DNA of 64,000 nucleotides from positions 16,753-80,752 of the forward strand of contig CAAERQ010000007.1 of the NCBI GenBank assembly GCA_900758475.1, read 5' to 3'. The translations under genes were made by a program, and so were the position numbers. The notes beneath the pieces were generated by a model. It saw only the letters and a program-made list of their open reading frames with translations, was not told the origin of the DNA and searched no databases. The stretch comes from an uncultured Collinsella sp. (GTDB taxonomy: Bacteria; Actinomycetota; Coriobacteriia; Coriobacteriales; Coriobacteriaceae). Positions 1-9,415 of this stretch are shown piece after piece; position 1 is the stretch's first letter; every line of letters starts with the position of its first letter.

Positions 1-304
1 CAAGAAGGGCGAGGACGTGCAGGTGCTCGATCTGACCGAGCTCTCCGACGTGTGCGACTACTTTGTGCTCGCCACCGGTACCAATAACCGTCAGGTCGAT
101 TCGATTGTCGACGAGATCGAGGAGAAGGTCGCCGAGGCTTGCGGTGAGCACCCGTTCTCCATCGAGGGCCGCGAGCAGAAGACCTGGATGCTCATGGACT
201 ACGGCTCGGTCGTCGTCCACGTCTTCACCCCCGAGGCACGTGACTTCTACCGTCTCGAGAAGCTCTGGGGCGACGCCCCCCAGCTCCCCCTCAACCTCCT
301 CTAA
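1..304 (+). CDS. rsfS: Ribosome silencing factor RsfS (Iojap), 5'-truncated by the window edge
   Basis: Motifs DYFVLATG, W-x-LMDYGSVVVHVF and RDFYRLEKLW; the frame is open to the window start. Confidence 0.93.
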   Translation, partial: KKGEDVQVLDLTELSDVCDYFVLATGTNNRQVDSIVDEIEEKVAEACGEHPFSIEGREQKTWMLMDYGSVVVHVFTPEARDFYRLEKLWGDAPQLPLNLL

Positions 305-338
305 ATGATTTTTCTGGGACGGGGATAAATAAATCATT
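304..338 (+). repeat. REP-like 35-bp element, left copy
   Basis: AATGATTTTTCTGGGACGGGGATAAATAAATCATT: 8-bp stem AATGATTT/AAATCATT; 30/35 identical to the reverse complement of 1189-1223. Confidence 0.85.
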
Positions 339-348
339 CCTACCGTTC

Positions 349-387
349 ACCGAACCGCCCATCTTTGTTGAGCGGTTCGGTTTTTTC
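349..387 (+). terminator. Intrinsic terminator between rsfS and the transposase
   Basis: Stem ACCGAACCGC/GCGGTTCGGT followed by a T-run. Confidence 0.7.
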
Positions 388-440
388 TTCCCTTTCTTTT
401 GTATGCTGTGGCTACTGCATTCTCGGAAGGGAGGGCTTCG

Positions 441-1181
441 ATGACTCGCGTTGCCCGTGCGTTGTCCGAACTCGGCCATTATCACGTCATGCTCAAGGGT
501 TGTGCCGGCCAGCTGATCTTTGAGGACGATGACGACCGCCTTTATTTTCTCAATCTATTGAATAGACGATTTAGGTCCGCTCACATTCGTTTGCAGGCTT
601 GGTTCCTCATGGACAATCATGTTCACCTGCTGTTTGACGACCCCGATAATCAGATGAGCGTTTCCATGCATGCGATTGATACGGCATATGCGAAACACTT
701 CAACCAAAAAACCGGCCGCCGCGGACCGGTGTTCCAGGAACGATTTAAGAGCGTGATCATTTCTGACGATGAGCAGCTGCTCCGTTGCGTTCGATATATC
801 CATGACAACCCTGCAAAGGCTGGTATTTCTTCTGCTCCTCTTTATCGTTGGAGCAGCTTCCATGAGTATTTCTCTCATTCCGAGATTTGCGATTGTGACG
901 GTATCCTCGATCTGTTTGGGGGTACGGAGGCGTTTTATCTTGCGAGCACCGACGGCAAACCTAATTCCTATTTTATGCCCGAAGGCAAGCATATTTCCGA
1001 TATGGATGCGCTAGAAGTTGCCCAAGCTCTTTTGGCTCCACATGAGCCTCATCAACTTAAATCTTTGCCGAAATCAGAGCGTAATCGTCTTCTGGCATTG
1101 CTGAGGCATCGGGGGTTTACGATTGACCAGATTGCGCGCCTGACGGGAATCGGGACCAATATCATTCAAAGAGCGAAATGA
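441..1181 (+). mobile_element. REP-associated tyrosine transposase (RAYT-like, IS200/IS605 HUH Y1 superfamily) with a C-terminal HTH
   Basis: YHVMLKG, HUH motif MDNHVHLL, RYIHDNPAKAG, YRWSSF, C-terminal GFTIDQIARLTG; SD AAGGGAGG before ATG 441; visibly more AT-rich than its neighbours. Confidence 0.88.
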
Positions 1182-1188
1182 CGCTCCA

Positions 1189-1223
1189 AATGATTAAAAA
1201 ATCCCCGTCCCAGAATAATCATT
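1189..1223 (-). repeat. REP-like 35-bp element, right copy (inverted)
   Basis: Minus strand reads AATGATTATTCTGGGACGGGGATTTTTTAATCATT, with stem AATGATTA/TAATCATT. Confidence 0.85.
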
Positions 1224-2475
1224 GGGAGGAGAAGCGGGATTGGCGGCCGAAGGATAGGGCGGTGTCGCCGAATTTGTCTCGGACGGCGTCAATGGCGACG
1301 GAGAGGTCGCGGCGGTCGCTGGATTGGGCTCCGCGGTCATCGATCTCGCAGAATAGGTCGGTTTGGATACCGCCTTGGTGGTTGAAGTCGCTCATGCCGA
1401 TGCCTGCCAAGCGAACATGCATGCCTTCCTGCCAGATGTTGTCGAGCAGTTCGAGTGCAACCGCCCCGAAGATGTTCTCATCGTCGGTCGGATGGGGCAG
1501 CCGGCGCTGCGCCGTACGCCCGCTGCCATACGAATACTTAAGCTTGAGCGTTACCGTGGAACCCGTCAGCCCCTGACGGCGCAGACGGCGTCCCACTGAC
1601 TCTCCCAGCAGCGCAATCGCCGCCTCGATATCCCCACGCTCAGTCAAATCCTTCGCAAAGGTGCGCTCATTGCTCACCGATTTAACTTCACGTTCGTCAT
1701 CCAGGCCGGTGACCTCGGATACTTCGAGCCCCAAAGCACGCTGACGCATGCGCTCGCCATTCACGCCAAAAATTGCAGCCAGGGTGGACTCTGGCGCGCG
1801 TGAAAGCTCGCCGAGTGTATAGATGCGCATGCGACGCAGTCGCTCCTCGGCCGAACGCCCGATTCCGCTCATGGCAGATACCGGCAGCGCAGCCAAAAAG
1901 CGCTGTTCCGTACCGGGGCGCACAATGGTCAGACCAAACGGCTTGTCGCGCTCGCTTGCGATTTTGGCCACGGTCTTGTTGCAGCCGACGCCGATGGAAC
2001 ACGTCACCCCCAGCGCCGCAACGCGGTCGCTCATGCGCCGTGCTACCAGTAGCGGATCCTCGGGCGCAAACCGGCCCGGCGTAATATCGATAAAGGCCTC
2101 GTCGATGGACACGCGCTCCACGCGCGGTGTCTCATCGGCGAGAATCGCCATGACCTGCGCGCTCACCTCACGGTAGCGATCAAAGTGTCCGTGCGTCCAA
2201 ATGGCCTGCGGGCACAGGCGCCGCGCCTCGGCCGAGGCCATGGCAGAATGCACGCCAAAGCGACGAGCCTCGTACGAACACGTGGACACGACGCCGCGTG
2301 ACTCGGCGTCTCCGCCCACGATGAGCGGCTTTCCGCGCCATTCGGGATGATCGAGCATCTCCACGCTCGCAAAAAATGCATCGAGGTCCATCAGGCCCAC
2401 CGCCGGACCCGTCCAGGGCGGCGGCGTGACGCCCGCAGCATCCTCATAACCGTATGTATGTTCGCGTCTTTCCAT
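1219..2475 (-). CDS. dinB: DNA polymerase IV (Y family)
   Basis: DLDAFFASVE, VVSTCSYEARRFGV and SIDEAFID motifs. Confidence 0.95.
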   Translation of the reverse strand: MERREHTYGYEDAAGVTPPPWTGPAVGLMDLDAFFASVEMLDHPEWRGKPLIVGGDAESRGVVSTCSYEARRFGVHSAMASAEARRLCPQAIWTHGHFDRYREVSAQVMAILADETPRVERVSIDEAFIDITPGRFAPEDPLLVARRMSDRVAALGVTCSIGVGCNKTVAKIASERDKPFGLTIVRPGTEQRFLAALPVSAMSGIGRSAEERLRRMRIYTLGELSRAPESTLAAIFGVNGERMRQRALGLEVSEVTGLDDEREVKSVSNERTFAKDLTERGDIEAAIALLGESVGRRLRRQGLTGSTVTLKLKYSYGSGRTAQRRLPHPTDDENIFGAVALELLDNIWQEGMHVRLAGIGMSDFNHQGGIQTDLFCEIDDRGAQSSDRRDLSVAIDAVRDKFGDTALSFGRQSRFSSQ

Positions 2476-2676
2476 GTCATGAGTATACCGCGCAGCTCAT
2501 GTGGGGTGCGTGTATGTGCTTGCAAATCGCGAATTCTTGTCTAAGATATGGATTTGCCCTCGACTACACCGAAGAAGTTGGTCTCACGGACTTCACCTGC
2601 CCGCGTCGATGGCGTATTATGTTCAACTGTTTGTTTGTAGTTGCAGCCTAAAGCTGCTTGGTTGGAGGAGTTTCCT

Positions 2677-3018
2677 TTGGCAGTCAAGATTCGCCTTGCT
2701 CGTCACGGCGCTAAGAAGCGTCCGTACTACCGTGTCGTCGTCGCCGATTCCCGCGCCCCGCGTGACGGTCGTATCATCGAGGAGGTTGGCCGCTACAATC
2801 CGATGACCGCCCCCAAGACCATTAACCTCGACCTCGAGAAGATTGCTGACTGGCAGTCCAAGGGCGCTCAGCTCACCGACGCCGTCGCCGCTCTGGTCAA
2901 GGCCGCCAACGAGGGCGAGAAGACCGAGACCGTCGTCAAGAAGTCCAAGAAGCAGCTCGCCAAAGAGGCCGAGGCCGCTAAGGCTGCCGCTGAGGCCGCT
3001 GAGGGCGCCGAGGAGTAA
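2677..3018 (+). CDS. rpsP: 30S ribosomal protein S16
   Basis: [28 protein letters not shown] start after GGAGGAG. Confidence 0.96.
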   Translation: MAVKIRLARHGAKKRPYYRVVVADSRAPRDGRIIEEVGRYNPMTAPKTINLDLEKIADWQSKGAQLTDAVAALVKAANEGEKTETVVKKSKKQLAKEAEAAKAAAEAAEGAEE

Positions 3019-3021
3019 ATC

Positions 3022-3306
3022 GTGCCTGAGGTTGACGCTGCACAGCTCGAGGGTGAGGCAATGCTCTCAGATCGCATCGCCGATCTCGTCGAATATCTCG
3101 TTGTTCAGATCGTCGACGACCCGGATTCCGTGAGCCTCGAGGTCATCGATGGCGAAGACGCCTCTACGATTGAGGTTTCGGTTGCCGAGGATGACGTCGC
3201 TAAGGTCATCGGCCGTCGTGGCCGTACCATCAAGGCCATTCGCACGCTCGCCCGTGCACTGGCCGCTCGCCTCGACACTGCTGTCGAGGTAGAGGTTCTG
3301 GGCTAG
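3022..3306 (+). CDS. khpA: KH-domain RNA-binding protein KhpA
   Basis: KVIGRRGRTIKAIRTL; lies between rpsP and rimM. Confidence 0.88.
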   Translation: MPEVDAAQLEGEAMLSDRIADLVEYLVVQIVDDPDSVSLEVIDGEDASTIEVSVAEDDVAKVIGRRGRTIKAIRTLARALAARLDTAVEVEVLG

Positions 3307-3310
3307 GACC

Positions 3311-3832
3311 TTGAGGTCCCAGTACAAAAACATCGCCCGTGTGGTCAAGCCGCACGGAAGGAAGGGGGAGGTCCTCGCGCAGCCGCTGCGGGGGCTTCCT
3401 TCTGTATTGGAGCCGGGTATGCGTGTCGCCTTGACGCCGCCGGCGCTCAAGCGCGACCGTTTTTGCACGGTCGTATCCGTCACCGATACGGGCGATGGCG
3501 ATCTGGTCTCGTTTGAGGGCATAGACGACTTGACGGCCGCCGAGGGCATCACCGGATGCTACGTGCTGGCCAATCGTGACGACTTCGAGCTCGATTCGCT
3601 CGACGCCGCCTATACCGACCTCATGGGTCGCGAGGTGGTCGACGAGCGCTTTGGGTCGCTCGGCACGATTGTCGAGATCATGTCGACGCCCGCCAACGAT
3701 GTTTGGGTTGTCGAGGGCGATCGGTACGGCGAGGTGCTGATTCCCGTGATCGAGCAGGTTGTGCTCGATCTTCCCGACACAGGAACAATTTCCGTCCACG
3801 TTATGGACGGCTTGATCGATATGGACAAGTAG
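3311..3832 (+). CDS. rimM: Ribosome maturation factor RimM
   Basis: KPHGRKGEV, ANDVWVV, EVLIPVI; gene order. Confidence 0.93.
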   Translation: MRSQYKNIARVVKPHGRKGEVLAQPLRGLPSVLEPGMRVALTPPALKRDRFCTVVSVTDTGDGDLVSFEGIDDLTAAEGITGCYVLANRDDFELDSLDAAYTDLMGREVVDERFGSLGTIVEIMSTPANDVWVVEGDRYGEVLIPVIEQVVLDLPDTGTISVHVMDGLIDMDK

Positions 3833-3842
3833 GGAGGACAGC

Positions 3843-4601
3843 ATGCTGATTGAGACCCTTTCGGTCTTTCCCGAGATGTTTGAGCCCGTCATGTCCACGT
3901 CGATTTTGGGCCGCGCCCGTAAGGCCGGCCTTTTTGATTTTAAGGCGTATAACCTGCGCGACTGGACGCACGACCGCCATCGTACCGTCGATGACGAGCC
4001 GTATGGCGGCGGGCAGGGCATGCTCATGAAGGTCGAGCCCATTGCCGAGGCAATCGAGGCCATCAGCTCCGAGGGTCCCAAGCCCACCGTGGTGTTCTTC
4101 ACCCCCTGCGGCGAGCCCTTTACGCAGCATGTGGCCGAGCGCCTGCTCAAAAGTGAGCGCCTGCTGTTTGTGTGCAGTCGCTACGAGGGTGTCGACGAGC
4201 GTGCCTATGCGTATGCCGACGAGCGTCTGTCGATTGGCGACTACGTGCTCACGGGCGGCGAGCTGCCCGCTATGGTCATGGCCGATGCCGTCGTACGGCT
4301 CATTCCCGGAGCCTTGGGCGACGAGATGAGCAATGTCGACGAGTCCTTCTCGACCGCCGAGGACGGTGGCCTGCTCGAGTACGCGCAGTACACCCGCCCC
4401 GCCGAGTTTAATGGCGAGGGCGTGCCTCCAGTACTCGTAAGCGGCGACCACGCCAAGGTCGATGCCTGGCGTCGCAAAAACGCCATCGAGCGTACCTGTC
4501 GTTGGCGTCCCGATCTTATCGAGACGGCACACCTTACGCCCGAGGAGCGCGCGTACGCGCAGGAGATCCTGGACGCTTCGTATTCGCAGAGCGAGGAGTG
4601 A
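3843..4601 (+). CDS. trmD: tRNA (guanine-N1)-methyltransferase
   Basis: VDDEPYGGGQGM, RYEGVDER, SIGDYVLTGGE. Confidence 0.97.
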   Translation: MLIETLSVFPEMFEPVMSTSILGRARKAGLFDFKAYNLRDWTHDRHRTVDDEPYGGGQGMLMKVEPIAEAIEAISSEGPKPTVVFFTPCGEPFTQHVAERLLKSERLLFVCSRYEGVDERAYAYADERLSIGDYVLTGGELPAMVMADAVVRLIPGALGDEMSNVDESFSTAEDGGLLEYAQYTRPAEFNGEGVPPVLVSGDHAKVDAWRRKNAIERTCRWRPDLIETAHLTPEERAYAQEILDASYSQSEE

Positions 4602-4603
4602 GA

Positions 4604-5167
4604 ATGGTCGCATCGCAGCATTCTGCCCTGAGGGGCGCCTTTGAGTGGATCGTAATCGTTGCGATCGCGCTGGTCGCAACCTTCTTGATTCGCTCGTTTG
4701 TGGTCGAACCCTTTGTGGTGCCCACCGGCTCCATGGAGTCCACGATTGAGATCGGCGATCAGATTCTGGCGCAGAAGGTGACGCTCGAACTCGGACAGCC
4801 CGTCAAGCAAGGCGATATCGTGGTGTTCCACAACCCCGATGCCACGTCCGAGCATGACGTGCTGGTGAAGCGCGTCATCGCCACGGCCGGCCAGACGGTC
4901 GACCTGCAGGACGGCAAGGTCGTCGTCGACGGCCAGGCGCTCGATGAGGACTATACGACCGGCATGAGCTGGCCGCTTTCGGTCCAAGCCCCCGGCGCTC
5001 AGGTGAGCTATCCCTACACCGTCCCTGACGACTGTGTGTGGGTGATGGGCGACAACCGCGAGAACTCTGCTGACTCCCGCTACTTTGGCCCGGTCGACCG
5101 CTCCGACTTGATCGCCGTGGCGCTTGTACGCTACTGGCCGCTCAACCGTATCGGCGCTATCGACTAA
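4604..5167 (+). CDS. lepB: Signal peptidase I
   Basis: N-terminal TM helix, PTGSM (catalytic Ser), VKRVIA (Lys), GDNRENSADSR. Confidence 0.94.
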   Translation: MVASQHSALRGAFEWIVIVAIALVATFLIRSFVVEPFVVPTGSMESTIEIGDQILAQKVTLELGQPVKQGDIVVFHNPDATSEHDVLVKRVIATAGQTVDLQDGKVVVDGQALDEDYTTGMSWPLSVQAPGAQVSYPYTVPDDCVWVMGDNRENSADSRYFGPVDRSDLIAVALVRYWPLNRIGAID

Positions 5168-5226
5168 AAACCGCTATAGTACAGTACCTAACCGTGTAAT
5201 CGTTTCGACGAGGGGATATTAGAGGC

Positions 5227-6138
5227 ATGAACGCTTCATCGCTTTCCTTCCAAGACATCATCCTGCGCCTCCAGCAGTACTGGGGCGAGCAGGGCTGCGT
5301 CATTATGCAGCCCTATGACTCCGAGGTCGGTGCCGGTACCTTCCATACCGCGACCACGCTGCGCTCGCTCGGTCCCGCCGAGTGGCGCACCTGCTATGCG
5401 CAGCCCTGCCGCCGTCCCGCCGATGGCCGCTACGGCGAGAACCCCAACCGCATGCAGCACTACTATCAGTTCCAGGTGCTCATCAAGCCCTCGCCGGTCA
5501 ACGCCCAGGAGCTTTACCTGGGTTCGCTGGCCGCCATTGGCCTGGACCCCAACGACCATGACGTCCGCTTTGTCGAGGACGACTGGGAGAGCCCGACGCT
5601 CGGCGCCTGGGGCCTTGGCTGGGAGGTCTGGCTCAATGGCATGGAGGTCACGCAGTTTACGTACTTCCAGCAGGTGGGCGGCATCGAGGTCGACCCCGTG
5701 CCCGTCGAGATCACCTATGGCCTGGAGCGTATCGCCATGTACGCCCAGGGCGTCAACTCGGTCTACGACCTGGTGTGGAGCTATCTGCCCGACGGCACGC
5801 CCATGACCTACGGCGACGTGTTCCTGGAGAACGAGCGCGAGTTCAGCGCTTACAACTTTGAGGTCGCCAACGTCGAAATGATGCGTCAGAAGTTTGACGA
5901 CTACGAGGCTGAGTGCCACTCCTGCCTGGAGCGCAAGCTGCCGCTGCCGGCATATGACTGCGTCATGAAGTGCAGCCACGCCTTCAACCTGCTCGATGCC
6001 CGCGGTGCGCTGTCCGCAGTCGAGCGCGCCAACTACATTCTGCGCGTCCGCGCCGTCGCCAAGGCGTGCTGCGAGGCCTACATGGCCGAGGTCGCCGGAG
6101 TCAACGAGAATGCCGACCAGGAAGGCGAGGTGGCGTAA
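5227..6138 (+). CDS. glyQ: Glycine-tRNA ligase alpha subunit
   Basis: [30 protein letters not shown]. Confidence 0.97.
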   Translation: MNASSLSFQDIILRLQQYWGEQGCVIMQPYDSEVGAGTFHTATTLRSLGPAEWRTCYAQPCRRPADGRYGENPNRMQHYYQFQVLIKPSPVNAQELYLGSLAAIGLDPNDHDVRFVEDDWESPTLGAWGLGWEVWLNGMEVTQFTYFQQVGGIEVDPVPVEITYGLERIAMYAQGVNSVYDLVWSYLPDGTPMTYGDVFLENEREFSAYNFEVANVEMMRQKFDDYEAECHSCLERKLPLPAYDCVMKCSHAFNLLDARGALSAVERANYILRVRAVAKACCEAYMAEVAGVNENADQEGEVA

Positions 6139-6141
6139 GCC

Positions 6142-8238
6142 ATGGCAGACGCTAAGGATTTCCTGTTTGAGATCGGTACGGAGGAAATGCCCTCTGCACC
6201 GCTGAACAATGCCGTCAAGCAGCTTGGCACCATGATTGCCAAGGGTCTCGACGAGGCCGGTCTGGCCCACGGCGAGGTCCGCGTGATCTCGAGCCCGCGT
6301 CGCCTGGCTGCGCTCGTTGCCGACGTTGCCACCGCGACCGATGAGGTTCACGAGGTTAAGCGTGGCCCCGCGGCCAACATCGCCTTCGACGCCGACGGAA
6401 ACGCCACCAAAGCCGCCCAGGGCTTCGCCCGCAAGTGCGGTGTGGCTGCCGAGGACCTGGTCCGTCGCGAGGACACCGACGGCCGTGAGTACGTCTTTGC
6501 CGAGAAGAACATCCCTTCTGCCCCGGCCACCCCGATTCTGACGGCCCTGTGCGAGAAGACCATCGCCGGCCTGCAGTGGCCCAATTACCGCTCTCAGCGC
6601 TGGGGTCACGAGCACGCCACGTTCGTGCGTCCGGTCCGCTGGATCTGCTGCCTTTTGGGCGAGGATGTCGTGCCCGTGTCCTTTGCTGACGTGACGAGCG
6701 GCAATACCACGCGCGGCCATCGCGTGCTTGGCCCCGGTGACCATGTGGTCGCCAGCCCCGCTGTTTACGAGCAGGTGCTCGAGGATGCCGGTGTGCTTTC
6801 TGCCGAGCGCCGTCGCGAGGCCATCCTTGCCGGTATCGCCGAGGTCGAGGCTGCGCGCCCCGGCTGCCACGTCGATACGCCCAAGAAGGTCTTTGAGGAG
6901 GTCATCAACCTCTGCGAGTGGCCGACGGTGCTCGTCGGCACCTTCGATGAGGAGTTCCTCAAGGTGCCGCACGAGATCATCTGCGAGTCTATGCTCACCA
7001 ATCAGCGCTACTTCCCGATCTATGACGGCGAGGGCAAGCTGACGCGTGAGTTTGTGGTCGTCTCCAACAGCAAGCCCGAGAATGCCGAGCGCGTGATCGA
7101 CGGCAACGAGCGTGTCGTGCGCGCCCGCCTGGACGACGCCAAGTTCTTCTACGAGGAGGATCTGAAGATCTCCCTCGACGAGTTCCGTGAGCGTCTGGCC
7201 AAGGTCGCCTTCCAGGAGAAGCTCGGCAGCGTGCTCGCCAAGTCCGAGCGTATTGAGCAGCTCGCGCTCGCTATTGCCCGCGAGGCTCACCTGGGTGCCC
7301 ACCTGGCCGCCGACGCCGGCCGCGCCGCTCACCTGTGCAAGGCCGACCTGGTGTCCAACGCTGTCGTCGAGTTCACGAGCCAGCAGGGCGTGATGGGCGG
7401 TTACTACGCCAGCGCGATGGGGGAGAACGACGAGGTCGCTCACGCTATTCGCGATCACTATCGTCCCCGCTTTGCCGGTGACGAGCTCCCCGAGGGCACC
7501 GCTGGCTGCATCGTGGCCTGCGCCGACAAGCTCGATACCATTGCCGGCATCTTTGCCATCGGCGAGCCCCCGACCGGCTCTTCCGACCCGTACGCGCTGC
7601 GTCGTGCCGCCATCGGCATCATCAACATCCTTCGCGACCGTCTGCCGATCGACCCCACGTCGCTCATCGACTTTGCGCTCGAGCTCTATAGCGAGCAGGG
7701 CATTGAGTTCGACGCCGCCGAGGTCGCCCAGCAGGTTCGCGACTTCTTCCACGGCCGTTTGGTGAGCATGGCCCGCGACGAGAAGATCCCGGCCGACACC
7801 GTTGCCGCCGTTTCCGCGGTGCACATCATTGCCCCGTCGGTCTTCTTCGCCCGCTGCGCCGCCCTCGATGAGGCCCGCAAGAACGACGCCGAGACCTTCG
7901 ACAACCTGGCGACCGCTTACGCCCGCGCGGCGCATATCTCCAAGCCCGAACTGGGCGCGGAGTACGATCGCGCTCTGATGGGCGAGGTCGAGCTTGCGCT
8001 TGCCGACGCCTCCGAGGCCGCTCAGACCGCCGTCGATGCCGCGCTTGCTACCGAGGATTATCCTGCCGCATTCGCTGCCCTCGCCGCCCTGCGTGCCCCC
8101 ATCGACCGTTTCTTCGACGAGGTTATGGTCATGGACAAGGACGAGCAGCTCCGCGATAATCGCCTTAAGCTGCTCAACCGCTTCGAGGCCGTTTTCTCCG
8201 GCATCGCCAACATCGGCGAGCTTGCCCGCAAAAAGTAA
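6142..8238 (+). CDS. glyS: Glycine-tRNA ligase beta subunit
   Basis: FLFEIGTEEMP, ARLDDAKFF, PTGSSDPYALRR. Confidence 0.97.
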   Translation: MADAKDFLFEIGTEEMPSAPLNNAVKQLGTMIAKGLDEAGLAHGEVRVISSPRRLAALVADVATATDEVHEVKRGPAANIAFDADGNATKAAQGFARKCGVAAEDLVRREDTDGREYVFAEKNIPSAPATPILTALCEKTIAGLQWPNYRSQRWGHEHATFVRPVRWICCLLGEDVVPVSFADVTSGNTTRGHRVLGPGDHVVASPAVYEQVLEDAGVLSAERRREAILAGIAEVEAARPGCHVDTPKKVFEEVINLCEWPTVLVGTFDEEFLKVPHEIICESMLTNQRYFPIYDGEGKLTREFVVVSNSKPENAERVIDGNERVVRARLDDAKFFYEEDLKISLDEFRERLAKVAFQEKLGSVLAKSERIEQLALAIAREAHLGAHLAADAGRAAHLCKADLVSNAVVEFTSQQGVMGGYYASAMGENDEVAHAIRDHYRPRFAGDELPEGTAGCIVACADKLDTIAGIFAIGEPPTGSSDPYALRRAAIGIINILRDRLPIDPTSLIDFALELYSEQGIEFDAAEVAQQVRDFFHGRLVSMARDEKIPADTVAAVSAVHIIAPSVFFARCAALDEARKNDAETFDNLATAYARAAHISKPELGAEYDRALMGEVELALADASEAAQTAVDAALATEDYPAAFAALAALRAPIDRFFDEVMVMDKDEQLRDNRLKLLNRFEAVFSGIANIGELARKK

Positions 8239-8272
8239 GCTAGCCTGCGCATAAGCGCAAAAGGAGCCCCGC

Positions 8273-9148
8273 ATGGATTGCCCGGTCACCGCTCGTCCCA
8301 CCGTTATCGTTATCTCCGACTCGCTCGGTGATACCGCTTGTGAGGTGGTGCTTGCGGCGTCCGGGCAATTTGATGAAGGGGCTTTTCGTGTTTTACGTCT
8401 GCCTAAGGTGACCTCGGTGGAGCAGGTTAAGTCGTTTGTGGGCCCGCATGTCGATGCGGACCATCGCGATATCGCCGTATTCCACACAATTGTCGATCCG
8501 GCGCTTCGTGCTCGCGTGCTCGACTACTTGGGCATGCTGCACATTCGCTCGGTCGACCTGATCGGCCCGACGCTTGCCGTGCTGTCGTCGCTCATCGGTG
8601 TGCCTCCCAAGGGCGTTGCGGGTGTGATTCACAAGACCGATGACCGGTATTTCCACCGTATCGAGGCCATGGAGTATTTCGTTGAGCACGATGACGGACG
8701 CGGTTGCGACGATCTGTCGGCTGCCGATATCGTTTTGCTGGGCGTGTCGCGCACATCCAAGACGCCGCTGTCGATGTATTTGGCCTATCAGGGCTACAAG
8801 GTCGCCAACGTTCCGTTGGCGCACGGTATGGAGCCGCCCAAGTCGATTTACAAGGTCGATCCGATGCGTCTCTTCGGTCTGATTTCGACCGTCGATGTAA
8901 TTTCCGAGATTCGCGATAGCCGCCTGGGCGACGACTATGCCCGTGCCGTCGCCGGTTCCTATGCCGAGCCCGAGAGTGTGCGCAGTGAGCTCGAGGAGGC
9001 TCGTGCCCTCATGAAACGTCTGGGTTGCTTTGTGGTGCGCACCGACGGCAAGGCGATCGAGGAGAGTGCCTCCGAGATCATCGCTCACCTCGAAGAGATT
9101 CAAGAGGCAAGAGCCCGCCGCGCCGCCCGCCGCGCTCAACAAAAGTAG
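8273..9148 (+). CDS. Pyruvate phosphate dikinase regulatory protein (kinase/pyrophosphorylase, DUF299)
   Basis: ISDSLGDT, HDDG, GVSRTSKTPLSMYLA; adjacent to ppdK. Confidence 0.93.
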   Translation: MDCPVTARPTVIVISDSLGDTACEVVLAASGQFDEGAFRVLRLPKVTSVEQVKSFVGPHVDADHRDIAVFHTIVDPALRARVLDYLGMLHIRSVDLIGPTLAVLSSLIGVPPKGVAGVIHKTDDRYFHRIEAMEYFVEHDDGRGCDDLSAADIVLLGVSRTSKTPLSMYLAYQGYKVANVPLAHGMEPPKSIYKVDPMRLFGLISTVDVISEIRDSRLGDDYARAVAGSYAEPESVRSELEEARALMKRLGCFVVRTDGKAIEESASEIIAHLEEIQEARARRAARRAQQK

Positions 9149-9173
9149 CTTATTGGGTTAGCTAAAAATACCT

Positions 9174-9201
9174 GAAATTGATAAAGCGCTTTATCAGTTT
9201 C
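9174..9201. promoter_or_regulatory. Palindromic operator (LacI/CcpA-like core) upstream of ppdK
   Basis: Perfect 18-bp palindrome TGATAAAGCGCTTTATCA at 9179-9196, extending to 28 bp with one mismatched pair; TTGACA at 9210-9215. Confidence 0.6.
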
Positions 9202-9415
9202 TACCGCTTTTGACATGCAATTAGACTGTAGTGGTATCTTCATAAGGTAACCACCTTTACCTACCGATTACCGCTAGTTTTAGCACGTTTACCAAACCGC
9301 GTATCCTCTGCTTAAGCCCGTTCAAAACCCGCCGTATAGTTCCCTCACGGCCCGCATCCGGCGGGCCGATTCGTTACCACGGTCGTGCGCGAGAGCGCAT
9401 GGAAGGGGAAGTATC

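Noticed and set aside
304..1223. CRISPR-like array or TnpB/IscB system around the HUH transposase
   Set aside because: Only two inverted repeat copies, no spacers, no RuvC nuclease ORF and no room for a guide RNA locus.
5236..8487. 1083-aa minus-strand ORF
   Set aside because: Antisense shadow of glyQ-glyS caused by high-GC codon bias; no recognisable motifs.
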